Positions 63,029-64,000 of a stretch of DNA of 64,000 bases are shown here, piece after piece (the first letter of the stretch is position 1; each line of letters starts with the position of its first letter). The notes below the pieces were generated by a model, which searched no databases, had not been told where the DNA came from, and was given only the letters and a program-made list of their open reading frames with translations. Position numbers and translations under genes: made by a program. The DNA lies in the IMG/VR virus record IMGVR_UViG_3300026488_000015, positions 82,526 to 146,525 of that record; one strand, written 5' to 3'. Source of the stretch: a virus.

Positions 63029-63706
63029 TTAAGCCTTCATATCCATTGCCATTTCTTTAGATTCGAGGACTCGCTCTATTGAATCTGTCGTATCTTTATC
63101 ATCACGAAATTCTATGAATCTAGGATGAGAAAAAGCATAATGGTCATTACTACGACCTTTCGTAATATCATTGAATTCTACTGTGAAAACTTTACCAATT
63201 AGTTCTTCTCTACGAGAGTTATAATCTACTAGTTGTTCATCATTAAATCCAGATGTACGACCTTTAATCATACCATCATCAGTTTCAAAAATCATACTAC
63301 CGAAAGTTGCTTCTCTTTTTGTGCCTTTCGTACCCTCTAAGAATCCTACTAAACGAACTTCAGCATCAATAACTAATTTTACTTTAAGTTGTTGTTTGCT
63401 TGTACCATCTTTCCAAACCATATCGTGAGCCTTGATAACAGTTCCTTCATCACCTCTTTCTGTGATTTCTTGAAAGTGCTCATAAGCTTCTTTCATAGAT
63501 ATAACGATTTTGAACTCGATTAACTCAACATTTGCTGGTTTATGTTTCTCTAAAACATCAATTAACATAGAAAAACGGTCTTCATACACAGACATTGTTC
63601 CTGCTTTTGTTGCCGCTTTGATTTGGTCTTTATCCATAGCATATTCTTGTACTGGAATCATATCCCAAACCGTATATACTATATTCTTGTTAATATCATA
63701 ACTCAT
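63029..63706 (-). CDS. ATP-dependent DNA ligase, C-terminal portion only
   Basis: YTVWD, EGTVIK, KVK, OB-fold SGF...HPRF..FR.DK; motif I KxDG absent. Confidence 0.85.
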   Translation of the reverse strand: MSYDINKNIVYTVWDMIPVQEYAMDKDQIKAATKAGTMSVYEDRFSMLIDVLEKHKPANVELIEFKIVISMKEAYEHFQEITERGDEGTVIKAHDMVWKDGTSKQQLKVKLVIDAEVRLVGFLEGTKGTKREATFGSMIFETDDGMIKGRTSGFNDEQLVDYNSRREELIGKVFTVEFNDITKGRSNDHYAFSHPRFIEFRDDKDTTDSIERVLESKEMAMDMKA

Positions 63707-63768
63707 AATAATCCTTTGTTTCTTTATATGTAATATTATAACATAAATATACTTAAAAGGAACTTAAT

Positions 63769-63915
63769 ATGAAAAAGTTTAGCGAATTCGTAAATGAAGA
63801 TACAATACAGAAGATTGAAGAACTGTTAAAACTAGCAGAAACACCTGAAGAAACTGAAAAACTACAAAAGAAGCTCAGTAAGTTGCAAGGTAAGCAGAAC
63901 AAGCAATATAAATAA
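63769..63915 (+). CDS. 48-aa putative internal protein with CTS-like N-terminus (not in ORF track)
   Basis: MKKFSEFVNEDTIQKIEELLKLAETPEETEKLQKKLSKLQGKQNKQYK; AAGGA RBS; CATAAATA at 63742-63749. Confidence 0.7.
   Translation: MKKFSEFVNEDTIQKIEELLKLAETPEETEKLQKKLSKLQGKQNKQYK
63907..63914 (+). promoter_or_regulatory. T4-type late promoter TATAAATA
   Basis: Exact match overlapping the end of the 48-aa ORF. Confidence 0.55.
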
Positions 63916-63928
63916 CTGTAATAAAGAG

Positions 63929-63993
63929 GACATACAAATTCTTTCAACTCTTGCACGGATGCTTGAAAGAATTTGTATGTCGCATCCGTGCAA
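63929..63993. repeat. Two interlocked perfect inverted repeats (19 bp and 12 bp)
   Basis: GACATACAAATTCTTTCAA 63929-63947 pairs with 63963-63981; TTGCACGGATGC 63951-63962 pairs with 63982-63993. Confidence 0.85.
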
Positions 63994-64000
63994 AGATACT

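Noticed and set aside
1022-63701. Many plus-strand ORFs of 60-160 aa in the track (e.g. 1438-1845, 13505-13852, 21855-22343, 61587-62009) and minus-strand ORFs inside the tail fibre
   Set aside because: Antisense shadows of well-supported genes, Ser/Leu/Phe-rich and without RBS
5291-63756. Recurrent ~36-bp repeat as a CRISPR array or mobile-element end
   Set aside because: Copies are dispersed, intergenic, always upstream of an RBS and contain TGnTATAAT; they are promoters, with no regular spacers
63753-63956. Minus-strand 67-aa ORF as the missing N-terminal half of the ligase
   Set aside because: No ligase motifs; it is the antisense shadow of the 48-aa CTS ORF
1-64000. Alternative genetic code (stop-codon reassignment)
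   Set aside because: Conserved enzymes are full-length in the standard code and the small ORFs have their own RBSs

Overview
AT-rich, gene-dense fragment of a large lytic T4-like (TATAAATA late-promoter) phage genome. The host is very probably a Campylobacterota bacterium, inferred from the MGFxINTN-type flagellin start and the TTAAG/TGnTATAAT early promoters. Almost all genes lie on the minus strand behind about 35 copies of one early promoter. Recognisable genes: M15 endolysin, Acb1-like and Apyc1-like anti-defence nucleases, RNA ligases 1 and 2, RNase H-like protein, NAD kinase, tRNA nucleotidyltransferase, HD hydrolase, RlaP-like nucleotidyltransferase, NUDIX, MoxR-type AAA plus VWA partner, phosphatases, SmpB, ThyX, MazG-like proteins, NrdAB, ClpP, a GGDEF protein, a C-terminal-only DNA ligase, a tail fibre, a flagellin and a FliS-like protein. 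The most striking signal is three short terminal peptide tags on otherwise unrelated proteins. (1) At least 25 early proteins end in P-[H/D/A/G]-x-hydrophobic-[L/I/V] (typically PHLFL). One of them starts with a FliM-like CheY-binding peptide, and an SspB-like protein carries PHLF in its tail. With ClpP and SmpB also present, this suggests a phage library of adaptors or degrons. (2) About 10 proteins, including Acb1, start with a T4-like capsid-targeting sequence (MxKFSxFVNE). (3) Four late, mostly ankyrin-like proteins end in K[L/I]GKYADLL. All family assignments are by eye from remembered motifs; no searches were run.
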